Assembly (NCBI GenBank): GCA_963812155.1
Contig: CAWETW010000003.1
Location: 1 to 64,000, forward strand
Source: Vulcanimicrobiota bacterium
Lineage (GTDB): Bacteria > Vulcanimicrobiota > Vulcanimicrobiia > Vulcanimicrobiales > Vulcanimicrobiaceae
DNA length: 64,000 bases
Direction of reading: 5' to 3'
Part shown: in pieces, positions 20,475 through 30,550 of the stretch
How positions within the stretch are numbered: position 1 is the first letter of the stretch
Layout of the letters: the number at the start of each line of letters is the position of its first letter
The notes under the pieces: model-generated
Told to the model about the DNA's origin: nothing
What the model saw: the letters and a program-made list of their open reading frames with translations, nothing else
Databases searched by the model: none
Program-made: the position numbers and the translations under genes

Positions 20475-21746
20475 TTAGGGATTGAAGCGAACGCTGACGG
20501 TTCTCGAGAGCGCTTGTGCCTTCGCCTTCACCGAAACGGTGCGCGTGTGGGGATGCGCGGGCACAGCGGGTTGCGCGGCCACCGGCGGACGCGCCGCAGG
20601 TAACCGTCCGGCGTCGCCCCACAGCGCTGCGCCGCTGATCGCCAATGCGGCCGCGATTCCGGCGGCGCGACGCGACGGGCGCCACGCCGGCCGCTCGCCC
20701 GTGCCGGCAACGTAACTCTTGAGCAGCATCTGGTCGGAGTGACGCGACGACCTTCCCGCGACACCCGAGAAAAAATCCGAGAACGCCTGCAAAACGGCGA
20801 GCAGCCGCGCGAACTCCAGCCGCACGAGTTTCGGTGCGACGCAGCGCGCGGCAAAGTACAGGAATGCCGTCGGCGCCGCGATCGGATAGAACTTCCAGAC
20901 GAGGCGCAACATGTTGCGCACCGCATAATAGTCGTGAAGCGGACTCTTGAAACCGATCGAGTGCGATTGCTTGTGCCAAACGATCGCGTTGGGACAGCAG
21001 TAGAGTTTCCATCCGGCACGGCGCATCCGGATGCACCAGTCGGTCTCTTCACGATAGAGAAAATACGTTTCGTCAATGTAGCCGACGTCGCGCACGGCGA
21101 GGGCGCGCACGAGAAGGCTGGCGCCGACAAGATGGTCGAGCGGAATCGGCGCCGCCGCACCCGGCGACGCTTTTCTTCCTCCGCCGAGCTGCGTGTCGTG
21201 GCAGAGAATCGGGATGATGTAGCCGCCGCCCATCGCCTGAATTCGATCGGGTGCGTCGTGCCGGAGCAGCTGCGCTCCAACCATCCCCACGCCGGGATGA
21301 CCGTCGGCAACCTCGAGCATGCGAACGAGAGCGTCTCGTTCGACGACGGTGTCGTTATTGAGAATCCAGACGAACTCGGCATCGGCCCGTTCGACGGCGT
21401 AACGCATGCCGATATTATTGCCGTAGGCGTAGCCGCCGTTGTACGGCAGCTCGAGCAATACGATCGACGCGCTCGTCGCGGCTCCGTGCAACGCTTCCTC
21501 GGGGCTGCCGAACGAGGCGAAATCGTCGCGGCCGCGTCCCCAGGCTTTGATGCGCGCGATCGAGTCGTCGGCCGAGCCGTTGTCGCAGATGACGATCCGG
21601 CGGGGCACCAGTCCTGAATCGAGCAGGCTTTCGAGACAGGCGAGCGTGTCGCGCCAAGCATTCCAATTGAGAATGACGGCGACGACGCGCGCGGCAACAT
21701 GACGCTCTTCGTTGCGCGTAGGCGGACGAACGTCTAGAACCGACAA
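20475..21746 (-). CDS. GT2 family glycosyltransferase with a C-terminal extension
   Basis: VILNWN, CDNGS, NGGYAYGNN, WILNND, GASLL, FLYREETDWC. Confidence 0.9.
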   Translation of the reverse strand: MSVLDVRPPTRNEERHVAARVVAVILNWNAWRDTLACLESLLDSGLVPRRIVICDNGSADDSIARIKAWGRGRDDFASFGSPEEALHGAATSASIVLLELPYNGGYAYGNNIGMRYAVERADAEFVWILNNDTVVERDALVRMLEVADGHPGVGMVGAQLLRHDAPDRIQAMGGGYIIPILCHDTQLGGGRKASPGAAAPIPLDHLVGASLLVRALAVRDVGYIDETYFLYREETDWCIRMRRAGWKLYCCPNAIVWHKQSHSIGFKSPLHDYYAVRNMLRLVWKFYPIAAPTAFLYFAARCVAPKLVRLEFARLLAVLQAFSDFFSGVAGRSSRHSDQMLLKSYVAGTGERPAWRPSRRAAGIAAALAISGAALWGDAGRLPAARPPVAAQPAVPAHPHTRTVSVKAKAQALSRTVSVRFNP

Positions 21747-21894
21747 AGCCGCTCTCCTAACGTGAAACCGCCCCCCGGTCGGTGAATCGGAAGAGGGAAA
21801 TGTCGTATTGGCCGGGCGCCAGCCCAGCCCTGCTCACCAAGCACCCGGCTCGGGTCGCAGGTTCCGTTCGCGGTCCGCCGTAAGTTGGTCACGC

Positions 21895-23178
21895 TTGAGC
21901 GCTACCAACACCCCCGCGCCCATTCGCAGGCGCGTCGTCGTCACGGGCCTGGGCGCCGTCACCCCGATCGGCAACAACCGCGCCGAGTTCTGGCAGAATC
22001 TCATCGCCGGCGTTTCCGGCGTCGCCCTCATCAGCACGTTCGATGCCGGCGACTTCGCGACGCGCATCGCAGCCGAAGTGAAGGATTTCCGGCCCGAAGA
22101 ACTGCTCGGGCGCAAAGAAGCCCGCCGCATGGACCGGTTCACGCAGTTTGCCGTGGTCGCGGCCCGGGAGGCGATTGCCGATGCCAAGCTGCCGACCGAC
22201 CGAGCGTTTACCGAACGCACCGGTGCCGTGCTCGGCACGGGGATCGGCGGGATCATCACCTTCTGGCTCAACTCCGAGAAGGCGAACGACAACGGCACGT
22301 GGTCGAAGGTGACGCCGTTCTTCATCCCGATGCTGATGGCCAATGCGGAAGCGGCGCACATCTCGATGCAGTATCATTTCCAGGGTCCGATCTTCTCGGC
22401 CGCGAGCGCCTGCGCCAGCGCCAACGATGCCATCGTGACGGCCTACAATTACATCGCGTATGGCGACGCCGATGCGATGATCACGGGCGGCAGCGAAGCG
22501 ACGGTCTCTCCGCTGGCAATCGGAGGATTCGCCTCGATGCGCGCGATGTCGACGCGCAACGACGACCCGACGCGAGCGAGCCGTCCGTTCGACCGCGAGC
22601 GCGACGGGTTCGTCCTGGGCGAGGGCGCGGGCGTGCTCGTGCTCGAGGAGTACGAGAGCGCGCGCGCACGCGGCGCGCGGATGTATTGCGAGATCCTCGG
22701 CTACGGACAGTCGGCCGACGCTTACGACTTGGTGGCCGTCGACCCGGACGGCAGCGGCGTGCTGCTCGCCCTCAACCGCGCGTTCGTCAAAGCCGGCATC
22801 CGTCCCGAGGACGTCGACTATATCAACGCGCACGGAACCTCAACGCCGATCGGCGATCCGGCGGAGTCGAAAGCGATCGAAAAAGCGTTCGGCGAACATG
22901 CTGCCAAGATGGGCGTGAGTTCGACGAAGTCGATGCACGGGCACGCACTCGGCGCCGCGGGCGGCATCGAAGGCGTGGCGACCGCTCTCTCGGTGTACGA
23001 AGACCTGATGCCGCCCACGATCAACTACGAGTTTCCCGATCCGGAATGCACGCTCGACTACGTTCCAAACGTTACGCGCAGTGCGCCGGTTCGCATCGCG
23101 CTTTCGAACTCGTTCGGATTCGGCGGTCACAACAGCGTCATCGTTTTCAGTAAAGTCCCCGGTTCCGAGGCCGGTTAA
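21895..23178 (+). CDS. fabF: Beta-ketoacyl-ACP synthase II
   Basis: RRVVVTGLG, SACASA (catalytic Cys), RPFD..RDGFVLGEG, NAHGTST, KSMHGH, NSFGFGGHN. Confidence 0.95.
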   Translation: MSATNTPAPIRRRVVVTGLGAVTPIGNNRAEFWQNLIAGVSGVALISTFDAGDFATRIAAEVKDFRPEELLGRKEARRMDRFTQFAVVAAREAIADAKLPTDRAFTERTGAVLGTGIGGIITFWLNSEKANDNGTWSKVTPFFIPMLMANAEAAHISMQYHFQGPIFSAASACASANDAIVTAYNYIAYGDADAMITGGSEATVSPLAIGGFASMRAMSTRNDDPTRASRPFDRERDGFVLGEGAGVLVLEEYESARARGARMYCEILGYGQSADAYDLVAVDPDGSGVLLALNRAFVKAGIRPEDVDYINAHGTSTPIGDPAESKAIEKAFGEHAAKMGVSSTKSMHGHALGAAGGIEGVATALSVYEDLMPPTINYEFPDPECTLDYVPNVTRSAPVRIALSNSFGFGGHNSVIVFSKVPGSEAG

Positions 23179-23180
23179 CG

Positions 23181-23879
23181 GTGGCGGGTGAGGCGCGACG
23201 GCAGCGTTTGCGCGCCCTTCTCCGGCTCGCCGGCGTGCGCGGAGCGCGCGACGTGAGCGGCGTCGAAGCGGCGTTCGTGCATGAAAGCTACGCACGCGAA
23301 CGGGGTGGCGCCTCGAACGAGCGCTTGGAGTTTCTCGGCGACTCGGTCCTCGGATTTGTTACGGCAAGTTGGCTCTTCGAGCGCTTCGGCGACGAACCCG
23401 AGGGAATGCTCACTCAACGCAAGGCGGCGATCGTCAACGACGGGCAGCTGGCGGATACCGCGCGCCGCTTGGGATTCGCCGACGTCATGGAACTGGGTGC
23501 CGGATTGCGCAGCGGCGGGGGCGCCGACAACACGTCGGTGCTCGCCGACGCGTTCGAAGCCTTCGTCGCGGCACTCTATCGGCGTTACGGAATGGAGAAA
23601 GCCAGAGCGTTCGTGCTCACGCAGCACGTCGAAGCGCTCGACCACTCCGGCGGCGCTCCGCTTGACCCAAAATCGCGCCTGCAGCATTATGCCCAAGCGC
23701 ACTTGGCCGCAACGCCCGTCTATCGTGAGACGAGCCGGGGCACGCCCCAGCAGCCGTCGTTCGACTCGCGTGTGACGGTGAAAGGGAAGACGTTGGGAAC
23801 GGGTTGCGGCCCGTCGAAGAAATCCGCCCAACAGGCCGCCGCGACGGCCGCGCTTCAAGCGTTGCAGTTGCCGGCGTGA
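23181..23879 (+). CDS. rnc: Ribonuclease III
   Basis: NERLEFLGDSVL signature, ADAFEA, C-terminal dsRBD (DPKSRLQ...SKKSAQQAAA). Confidence 0.97.
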   Translation: MAGEARRQRLRALLRLAGVRGARDVSGVEAAFVHESYARERGGASNERLEFLGDSVLGFVTASWLFERFGDEPEGMLTQRKAAIVNDGQLADTARRLGFADVMELGAGLRSGGGADNTSVLADAFEAFVAALYRRYGMEKARAFVLTQHVEALDHSGGAPLDPKSRLQHYAQAHLAATPVYRETSRGTPQQPSFDSRVTVKGKTLGTGCGPSKKSAQQAAATAALQALQLPA

Positions 23880-26800
23880 AGCTCAAAAAAATCAAGTCGT
23901 TCGGCTTCAAGACGTTCGCCGATCCGACGACGCTCGAGTTCGGCGGCGGCGTTACCGCAATCGTCGGACCAAACGGTTCGGGGAAATCGAACCTCGTCGA
24001 TGCATTCCGCTGGGTGCTCGGTGAAACGTCGAGCAAGAGCCTGCGCGGCGGCAAACTGGAAGACGTGATCTTTGCGGGTAACGACACGCGCAAGCCGCTC
24101 GGCCTCGCGGAAGTCGCGGTGACGTTCGACAATGCGGACGGACGTCTTCCGATCGAGTTTTCCGAGGTGGAGATCACGCGCCGCGCGTATCGCGCCGGTG
24201 AAAGCGAGTACTTCATCAATCGCAGCGCCGTCCGGCTGCGCGACATCGTCGATCTGCTCATGGGAACCGGGTTGGGGCCAGGATCCTACGCGATCGTATC
24301 CCAGGGCCAAGTCGACGCCATTCTCACGAGCAAGCCGGCCGACCGCCGCGCACTGTTCGAAGAAACGGCCGGCATTAACAAGTTTCTCTCGCGCAAGGCG
24401 GAATCGATGCGCCGGCTCGAGCAAACCGAGCAGAACGCCATTCGAATTAGCGATCTTATCGCCGAACTCGAGCATCGCATTCCCGAGCTCGACACACAGG
24501 TGCGCCGCGCCAAACGCTATCGAAAGGTTGGCGCCCGCGTTCGCGACCTCGAGATTCTCGGCTACCTGCGCGCCGGCGCCTCCCGGCGAGCCGAACGCGA
24601 CGCGTTGCGCGTCGAACTCGAGAAGAACGAGGAACAGCGTGGAGCGGCGGCGGCGAAGGCGGCGTCGCTGGCCGCCACGCTATCGGATGTTCGCACGCGC
24701 GTCTATCGCCAGGAACTGCAGCTGGAAGAACTGCGGTCGGAAGGGCAGCGGCGGCGCGGCGATCTTGCACGCGAAGAAGCCGATTACGCGGCCACGCTGG
24801 CGCGCCGCGAAGCGCTCGAGCGCCAGTCTACGCAGACGTCGGAAGACGTCGCGCGCGTCGCATCCGAGCGCGACGCGCTGACGGCGTCGGTCGCCGGTCT
24901 CCACCAACGGCTGGAGCCGTTGACTGTCCAAATCGAGAGCGCGCGCGACGGCGAACACGCCGCGCAAGCTGCGCTCGCGCAAGCGCGGGCCCGTCTCGAC
25001 GCGATTTTCACCGAACTGCGCGAGGTGGAATCGGCCGCCTCCCGGCACGCCGAGCGGCGCGCCGAACGGCGCGTGCAGGCGGAGAACTTACGGGTGCAGG
25101 CCGAGCGCTACGACGAAGAACTGCGCGCGGCGCGCGAGCGTGCCGAGCAAGCGGAGATTACCGCCGGCGGTGCGGCCCATCGCCATCGCGAACGCGCCAA
25201 GGAGATCGCCGCGCTCGAGGAGTCGCTGCTCGACGCGCGCGGACGCGTCGAAGATTCGCAGCGAGAAGCCGCGCAATCGCAGGAAGAACTGGCGCGGGCG
25301 CTTTCGGCGCATCGCGATTGCACCGCCGAAGTGACGGGCGCGCAATCGCGCCTGCACACGATCGAGGAGCTCGAAAACTCGCTCGAAGGGCACGTTCCCG
25401 GCACCCGCGCGATCGTCGATGCGTGGCAGCACCGCGAACTGGGCGGCATCGAGGGCATCGTTTCGAATTTGATCACCACCGACGAGCGCTACGCGCGCGC
25501 GATGGACGTCGCATTCGGAGCGCGGCTCTCCAACGTCGTGACGCGCACGTCCGAAGACGCCGAACGGGCGATCGAATTTCTCAATCGTAAAGAAAGCGGT
25601 CGCGCGACGTTTCTACCGCTCGATACGCTCGCGAATCGCGAAGGACGCCAGCTTTCAGCGGAGTTGCGCGGCACCGCCGGCGTGATCGGCTACGCGCACG
25701 CGCTGGTCGAAACGCAGCCGCAGTACCGCGGCATCGTGAACTTCCTCGTGGGCAACGTCCTGATCGTCGATCAGCTCTCCACCGGCATCTCGCTCGTGCG
25801 CGAGCGCGGACTGCGCGACACCGTGGTCACGCTTACCGGCGAACAGATCACGGGCGGCGGAGCGATTACCGGCGGACGCTTCCAGCGCGAACGATCGATT
25901 CTCTCGCGGCGCGTCCAAGCTCAGTCGCTGCGCGAAGCGCTCGTCGAGCTGCGCGCCCAACTGCACGCGAGCGAGGGCGAGCTGCACGCGGCGCACGTGC
26001 GTACAGAAGCCTCGATCGAAGCGCGCGACCGGCACCGGCACGCGCTTTCACAAGTAGAGCTGCGGCTCGCTCGGGCGCGTGCGGAATCGGCGGCGCTGGC
26101 CGCCGAGGAAGAACGCCTCACGGCGGAGTTGTCGCAAGTTCGCGCGCTGGTCGAAGAGTTGATCGCCAATGCGCGGAAGGCGCGCGTGGACGAGCGCAGT
26201 TTCGAAGGCGCCGAACCCGACCAGCTTCGCAGCGACGCCGAACGCGAGCGGCTCGAAGCCGAACTGGCTCGAGCGCGCGAGCACATTGCCGCCGCTGAAG
26301 AGGCGCAAGCGGCGGCCGGAGCGCACGCTTCCGAACTGCGCGAGCGTGCCGCAGCGCTTTCGGCCGAACGCGACGCGGCGGCTGCGCGCCTCGGCATGCT
26401 CGATCAGGACGGCGAGCGCGCGCGCGTCGCGCGCGAAGAGATGCTGGCGCAAATCGGTTCGCTCGCACACCAGACGCGCGCATCGCACGCGCACGTCGAA
26501 GGGCTGCGCCGCGGCGTCAGCGATCTCGACGCCGCGCTCGACGGAGCGCGTCGCGAGCGGGAGTCCCTGGTCGATCGCCAGACGCAGCTGGAATCGGACG
26601 TCCGCATGGCCGAAGTGGAGGAACGCGAAGCCGCCGGCGGCGGCGAGCGCCAGCGCGTGCGGATGGCCGAAATCGAAGCCGAGTTAGGCATGCTCGTCTC
26701 GCAGTTCGCGCAAAACCCCGCCACCGACGACGAGTGCCGCGACGTCGAATCGCGCTACCGCGACGAGCCCGATGCGGTCGTCGACGACCTGGCGCGTCTG

Positions 26801-27442
26801 CGCGAAGACCTCGGCCGTCTCTCCGCCAACGTGAATCTCAACGCCGAGACCGAGCGCGACGAAGTCGCCCAACGGGAGGCCTTTCTGCGGACGCAGCTCG
26901 ACGATTTGTCGAAAGCACGCGAAACGCTGCTCGAGTCGATTCGCGAGATCGAACTTCAGACGCAGGCGCAGTTCAACGAGATGTTCGAGAAGGTTGCGAA
27001 GGCGTTTGCCGACATGTTCCCGCGCCTCTTTCCCGGCGGCCGCGCGACCATGTGGCAGACCAATCCTGAAAATTTGTCGGAGACCGGAATCGAAATCGCC
27101 GTCGCGCCGCCCGGCAAGAAGCAGATGGCGCTCGCGGCGCTCTCCGGAGGCGAACGGGCGATGACGGCCGCCGCACTGATCTTTGCACTGATCGTGGTGA
27201 AGCCGTCGCCGTTCTATCTCCTCGACGAGGTCGACGCCGCGCTCGACGATGCAAACGTCGAGCGGTTCTGCGCGATGGTCGAGAGCTTCGCGGCCGAATC
27301 GCAGATGATCATCGTGACGCACAACAAGAAGACGATGGAGATCGCCGATCGCTTGTACGGTGTCACCATGAGCGAGCCGGGCATCAGTTCGATTGTGTCG
27401 GCCGAACTCTCGCCGCGCGAACCGGAGTTTGCCCTTGCCTGA
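23876..27442 (+). CDS. smc: Chromosome segregation protein SMC
   Basis: GFKTF, GPNGSGKSN, QG motif, hinge GRATFLPLD, LSGGE, LDEVDAALD, long coiled coils. Confidence 0.97.
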   Translation: MKLKKIKSFGFKTFADPTTLEFGGGVTAIVGPNGSGKSNLVDAFRWVLGETSSKSLRGGKLEDVIFAGNDTRKPLGLAEVAVTFDNADGRLPIEFSEVEITRRAYRAGESEYFINRSAVRLRDIVDLLMGTGLGPGSYAIVSQGQVDAILTSKPADRRALFEETAGINKFLSRKAESMRRLEQTEQNAIRISDLIAELEHRIPELDTQVRRAKRYRKVGARVRDLEILGYLRAGASRRAERDALRVELEKNEEQRGAAAAKAASLAATLSDVRTRVYRQELQLEELRSEGQRRRGDLAREEADYAATLARREALERQSTQTSEDVARVASERDALTASVAGLHQRLEPLTVQIESARDGEHAAQAALAQARARLDAIFTELREVESAASRHAERRAERRVQAENLRVQAERYDEELRAARERAEQAEITAGGAAHRHRERAKEIAALEESLLDARGRVEDSQREAAQSQEELARALSAHRDCTAEVTGAQSRLHTIEELENSLEGHVPGTRAIVDAWQHRELGGIEGIVSNLITTDERYARAMDVAFGARLSNVVTRTSEDAERAIEFLNRKESGRATFLPLDTLANREGRQLSAELRGTAGVIGYAHALVETQPQYRGIVNFLVGNVLIVDQLSTGISLVRERGLRDTVVTLTGEQITGGGAITGGRFQRERSILSRRVQAQSLREALVELRAQLHASEGELHAAHVRTEASIEARDRHRHALSQVELRLARARAESAALAAEEERLTAELSQVRALVEELIANARKARVDERSFEGAEPDQLRSDAERERLEAELARAREHIAAAEEAQAAAGAHASELRERAAALSAERDAAAARLGMLDQDGERARVAREEMLAQIGSLAHQTRASHAHVEGLRRGVSDLDAALDGARRERESLVDRQTQLESDVRMAEVEEREAAGGGERQRVRMAEIEAELGMLVSQFAQNPATDDECRDVESRYRDEPDAVVDDLARLREDLGRLSANVNLNAETERDEVAQREAFLRTQLDDLSKARETLLESIREIELQTQAQFNEMFEKVAKAFADMFPRLFPGGRATMWQTNPENLSETGIEIAVAPPGKKQMALAALSGGERAMTAAALIFALIVVKPSPFYLLDEVDAALDDANVERFCAMVESFAAESQMIIVTHNKKTMEIADRLYGVTMSEPGISSIVSAELSPREPEFALA

Positions 27443-29000
27443 CGCGGACCGTCCGGCCGCGCTGCTTTCGCTCTCCGACAAGACCGGCGCCGAGGATTTG
27501 GCACGCGCGCTCCACGAGCGCGGAACGGCGATCTACGCGACCGGCGGTACGCGCGCGTACCTGGAAGCGCACGGCGTGCCGGCGCGCGACGTCGGCGACG
27601 TGACCGGCTTTCCGGAACTCTTCGGCGGCCGCGTCAAGACGCTGCATCCGAAGATCTTCGGCGGCATCTTGTACGATCGCGACGACGAGGCGCAGCGCGC
27701 GGAAGCGCGGACGTACAACGTCGCGCGAATTCACACGGTCGCGGTCAATCTCTACCCGTTCGAAGCGACGGTGGCGCGGCCGGGAACGACCGCCGCGGAG
27801 GCGATCGAACAGATCGACATCGGCGGCGTCGCGCTGCTGCGCGCGGCGGCCAAGAATTTCGAGCACGTCGCGGTCCTGACGCATCCGTCGCAATACGCCG
27901 AGTTTCTGCGCGCGCTGGAAAACGGCGAGGTGGGCTTCGTCTTGCGGCGGAGGTTCGCGGTTGCGGCGTTCGAGCGCACCGCCGAGTACGACGTCGCGAT
28001 CTCGCACTATCTTGCGACCGCCGGCGAAGTGCTGCCCAGCGATCTGCCGGGCGCGCTTGCGCTCACGCTTCCGCTGGCCAAGCGCCTGCGCTACGGCACC
28101 AATCCGCAGGAGCGCGCCGCATTCTACCTCGACCGCGGCGAGCGCCTCCCCGAACAGTTGCACGGAAAGTCGCTGAGTTATAACAACTTGCTCGATCTCG
28201 ACGCGACGTTGCGTCTGCTCTCGCGCGCGTCGCTGGGATCGCAGTTCGGCGATGCAGCGCGGCTGGTTCGGGCGGTTACCGTCAAGCACACGGTGCCGTG
28301 CGGCGCGGCGGAGCGGCCCGCGGCCGCGGCCGCATTGCGCGACGCGCTCGCAGCCGACGCGATTTCAGCGTACGGGGGAATCGTCGCCGTCGATGCGCGC
28401 GTCGATCGCGAGGGCGCCGAAGTGCTCGCCTCATATTTTCTGGAAATCGTTGCGGCGCCGTCGTTCGACGACGATGCGCTGGCCCTCTTGCGTAAGAAGA
28501 AAAACGTGCGGGTCATGCGCTTTCCGCCTACGCTGCCCGACGAACTGGCACGCGAGTTGCGCGTGCGCAGCGCGCTCGGGGGCGTCTTGGCCGAAGACGA
28601 CGATCCCGACGCGTCGGCGGAGCATTGGCGCGTCGCGAGCGGCCGCGTGCCGACGCCGCAGGAGTGGAGCGATCTCGGATTCGCGTGGGACGTCGTCCGC
28701 CACGTGAAGTCCAACGGCATCGTCGTCGTCAAGGATCGCGTGACGCGCGGCATCTGCGCCGGTCAAACCAACCGCGTAAGCGCCGTACAGATCGCCGCGC
28801 AGCGCGCCGGCGAAGCCGGGACTGCGTGTGCGAGCGACGGCTTTTTTCCGTTTGCCGACGGTATCGAAGCGGCGGCCGAAGGCGGATGCACGGCCGTCAT
28901 CGCGCCCTCCGGATCGGTCCGCGACGCCGAAGTCATCGCCGCCGCCGACCGTCTCGGGTTGGCGCTCGTCTTCTCTTCACATCGATACTTTTTGCATTAG
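27435..29000 (+). CDS. purH: Bifunctional AICAR transformylase / IMP cyclohydrolase
   Basis: LSDKTG, GGRVKTLHP, VNLYPF, IDIGG, AAAKN, SYNNLLD, VKSN, ASDGFFPF. Confidence 0.95.
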   Translation: MPDADRPAALLSLSDKTGAEDLARALHERGTAIYATGGTRAYLEAHGVPARDVGDVTGFPELFGGRVKTLHPKIFGGILYDRDDEAQRAEARTYNVARIHTVAVNLYPFEATVARPGTTAAEAIEQIDIGGVALLRAAAKNFEHVAVLTHPSQYAEFLRALENGEVGFVLRRRFAVAAFERTAEYDVAISHYLATAGEVLPSDLPGALALTLPLAKRLRYGTNPQERAAFYLDRGERLPEQLHGKSLSYNNLLDLDATLRLLSRASLGSQFGDAARLVRAVTVKHTVPCGAAERPAAAAALRDALAADAISAYGGIVAVDARVDREGAEVLASYFLEIVAAPSFDDDALALLRKKKNVRVMRFPPTLPDELARELRVRSALGGVLAEDDDPDASAEHWRVASGRVPTPQEWSDLGFAWDVVRHVKSNGIVVVKDRVTRGICAGQTNRVSAVQIAAQRAGEAGTACASDGFFPFADGIEAAAEGGCTAVIAPSGSVRDAEVIAAADRLGLALVFSSHRYFLH

Positions 29001-29029
29001 ATTCGCACAGCGCCGCGAACGGCGCGACG

Positions 29030-30418
29030 CTAGTTCGTGTCGACTGGACGGGGGTCGGGAGGGAAGCGTTCGAAGTCGGCGGGCCCTAGGCGGGCCGGAA
29101 TCGGCGTAAAGGCGCGCGGAGGCGCGGAAAAATTGAAGCAGTCGTCGGCCGGAGAGTTGGCGCGCACGTCGGTCGCGCCGAGGCGCGCGAGGTTGAAGCG
29201 GTCTTCGATGAATCGCAGCAGGCTGCCGTGCTCGTACTGCGTGTGCGAGACGTAGCCTTGCTTTGCATAGGCCGAGACGACGATCAGCGGCACGCGAATG
29301 CCGAGGCCGTCGTAGTCTGCCAGAGGCGGGGGAACGTGATCGTACCAGCCGCCGTAGTCGTCCCACATGATGAAGATGGCGGTCGAGTTCCAATACTTCG
29401 ATTTGCCGACGGCATTGACGAGCGACGCGACCCAATGCGGTCCGCTGGTCGAATCGCAACTGGCGTGGTCGGAGGTCCGGCACGTCGGCATGATCCAACT
29501 GACGGCGCGCATCTTCCCGTTCTTGACGTCGTTGAAGAAGCGTGTCTGCGGGCTGATGACGTCGTTCGTCCAGTCCGCGCCGTAGCGGATGTGCTTGACC
29601 GCCTGGTAGGCGTTCCAGAGGTTTCCGCTCCCGTCTTCCAGGCTCGACGCGTAGTAGCCCCACGAGACGCCGGCTGCGTCGAGTTCGTCGCCGAGCGTTC
29701 GATAGTCGAAACACGCCTGCAGACGCGGACCGTACCCGCGCGTTTGCGTAACGGTCGGAACGGTGTCTTTCGGTCCGCCGTCGCAGCCCCACGTGGTTGC
29801 CGGATAGTTCACGGTCGAAGCAGCCTGACCGGCAATGATGTATTGATGCGAGACGTAACTGCTGGCATCGAAGTTGCTGGTGAAGGTGCGGTCGGCCAAA
29901 ACGTATTGCGACGCCATCGCAAAATACGGTTTCGTCTCGCTCTGCGGCACGTAGCCGTATTGCGGATACTGATACGGGCACGGCATCTCGCCTCGCGATC
30001 CGCAGGTTTTGTCCTCGCGGTTGAAGCCATCCATCTTGCAGTCGGTTCCGGGAAAACTGCCCTGGCCGTCGCACGCCGCATAGTACGACACCGAATTATG
30101 CCCGAGGTCCCACGATGCTGCGAGGCTGACGGGCTGGAGGTCGATTTTCTTGCCGTTGGAGGTGTAGCCGTACGACTGAACGTCGGCGCCCGGAAATCCT
30201 TGGAAGAGGTTGTCGAAGCTGCGGTTCTCCTGAAAGACGATCACGACGTGGGAGATGTGCGAGAGCCCCTTCGGGGGCAATGCGCGGGCGGACGCGACGG
30301 CCGGAAGCGAAGCCGGAGAGACCGTAGTCACTTTGCCGCACGCACACGCAAGCAATGCCGCAGCCAACGGCGCTAGCCGCAACGCTCGAGACAATACCCT
30401 CACGCTTGCTCCGTTCAA
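29030..30418 (-). CDS. Phosphoesterase / phospholipase C-like lipoprotein
   Basis: Lipobox LLACAC, HVVIVFQENRSFDN, SDH, WDDYGGWYDHV, GIRVPLIVVSAYAK. Confidence 0.9.
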   Translation of the reverse strand: MNGASVRVLSRALRLAPLAAALLACACGKVTTVSPASLPAVASARALPPKGLSHISHVVIVFQENRSFDNLFQGFPGADVQSYGYTSNGKKIDLQPVSLAASWDLGHNSVSYYAACDGQGSFPGTDCKMDGFNREDKTCGSRGEMPCPYQYPQYGYVPQSETKPYFAMASQYVLADRTFTSNFDASSYVSHQYIIAGQAASTVNYPATTWGCDGGPKDTVPTVTQTRGYGPRLQACFDYRTLGDELDAAGVSWGYYASSLEDGSGNLWNAYQAVKHIRYGADWTNDVISPQTRFFNDVKNGKMRAVSWIMPTCRTSDHASCDSTSGPHWVASLVNAVGKSKYWNSTAIFIMWDDYGGWYDHVPPPLADYDGLGIRVPLIVVSAYAKQGYVSHTQYEHGSLLRFIEDRFNLARLGATDVRANSPADDCFNFSAPPRAFTPIPARLGPADFERFPPDPRPVDTN

Positions 30419-30550
30419 CGGTAAAACCGTCCTTTTGATACAGATGTTTTCTTTAGAAGGCGTTTCGCGGCGCTTATCGGTGCGTCCCGCGCTGGAGGCC
30501 GCAGAAGAACGCCGCGCGGTTTGCGCGAAAGAGATTCGCTACGCACCGCT

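Noticed and set aside
21747..21894. Intergenic region before fabF as a possible riboswitch or acpP gene
   Set aside because: No recognisable riboswitch motif and no ACP DSL motif; best explained as a divergent promoter region.
29010..29025. Hairpin GCGCCG-CGAA-CGGCGC between convergent purH and PLC genes
   Set aside because: Could be a terminator, but the stem is short, there is no U-tract, and such stems arise by chance in GC-rich DNA.
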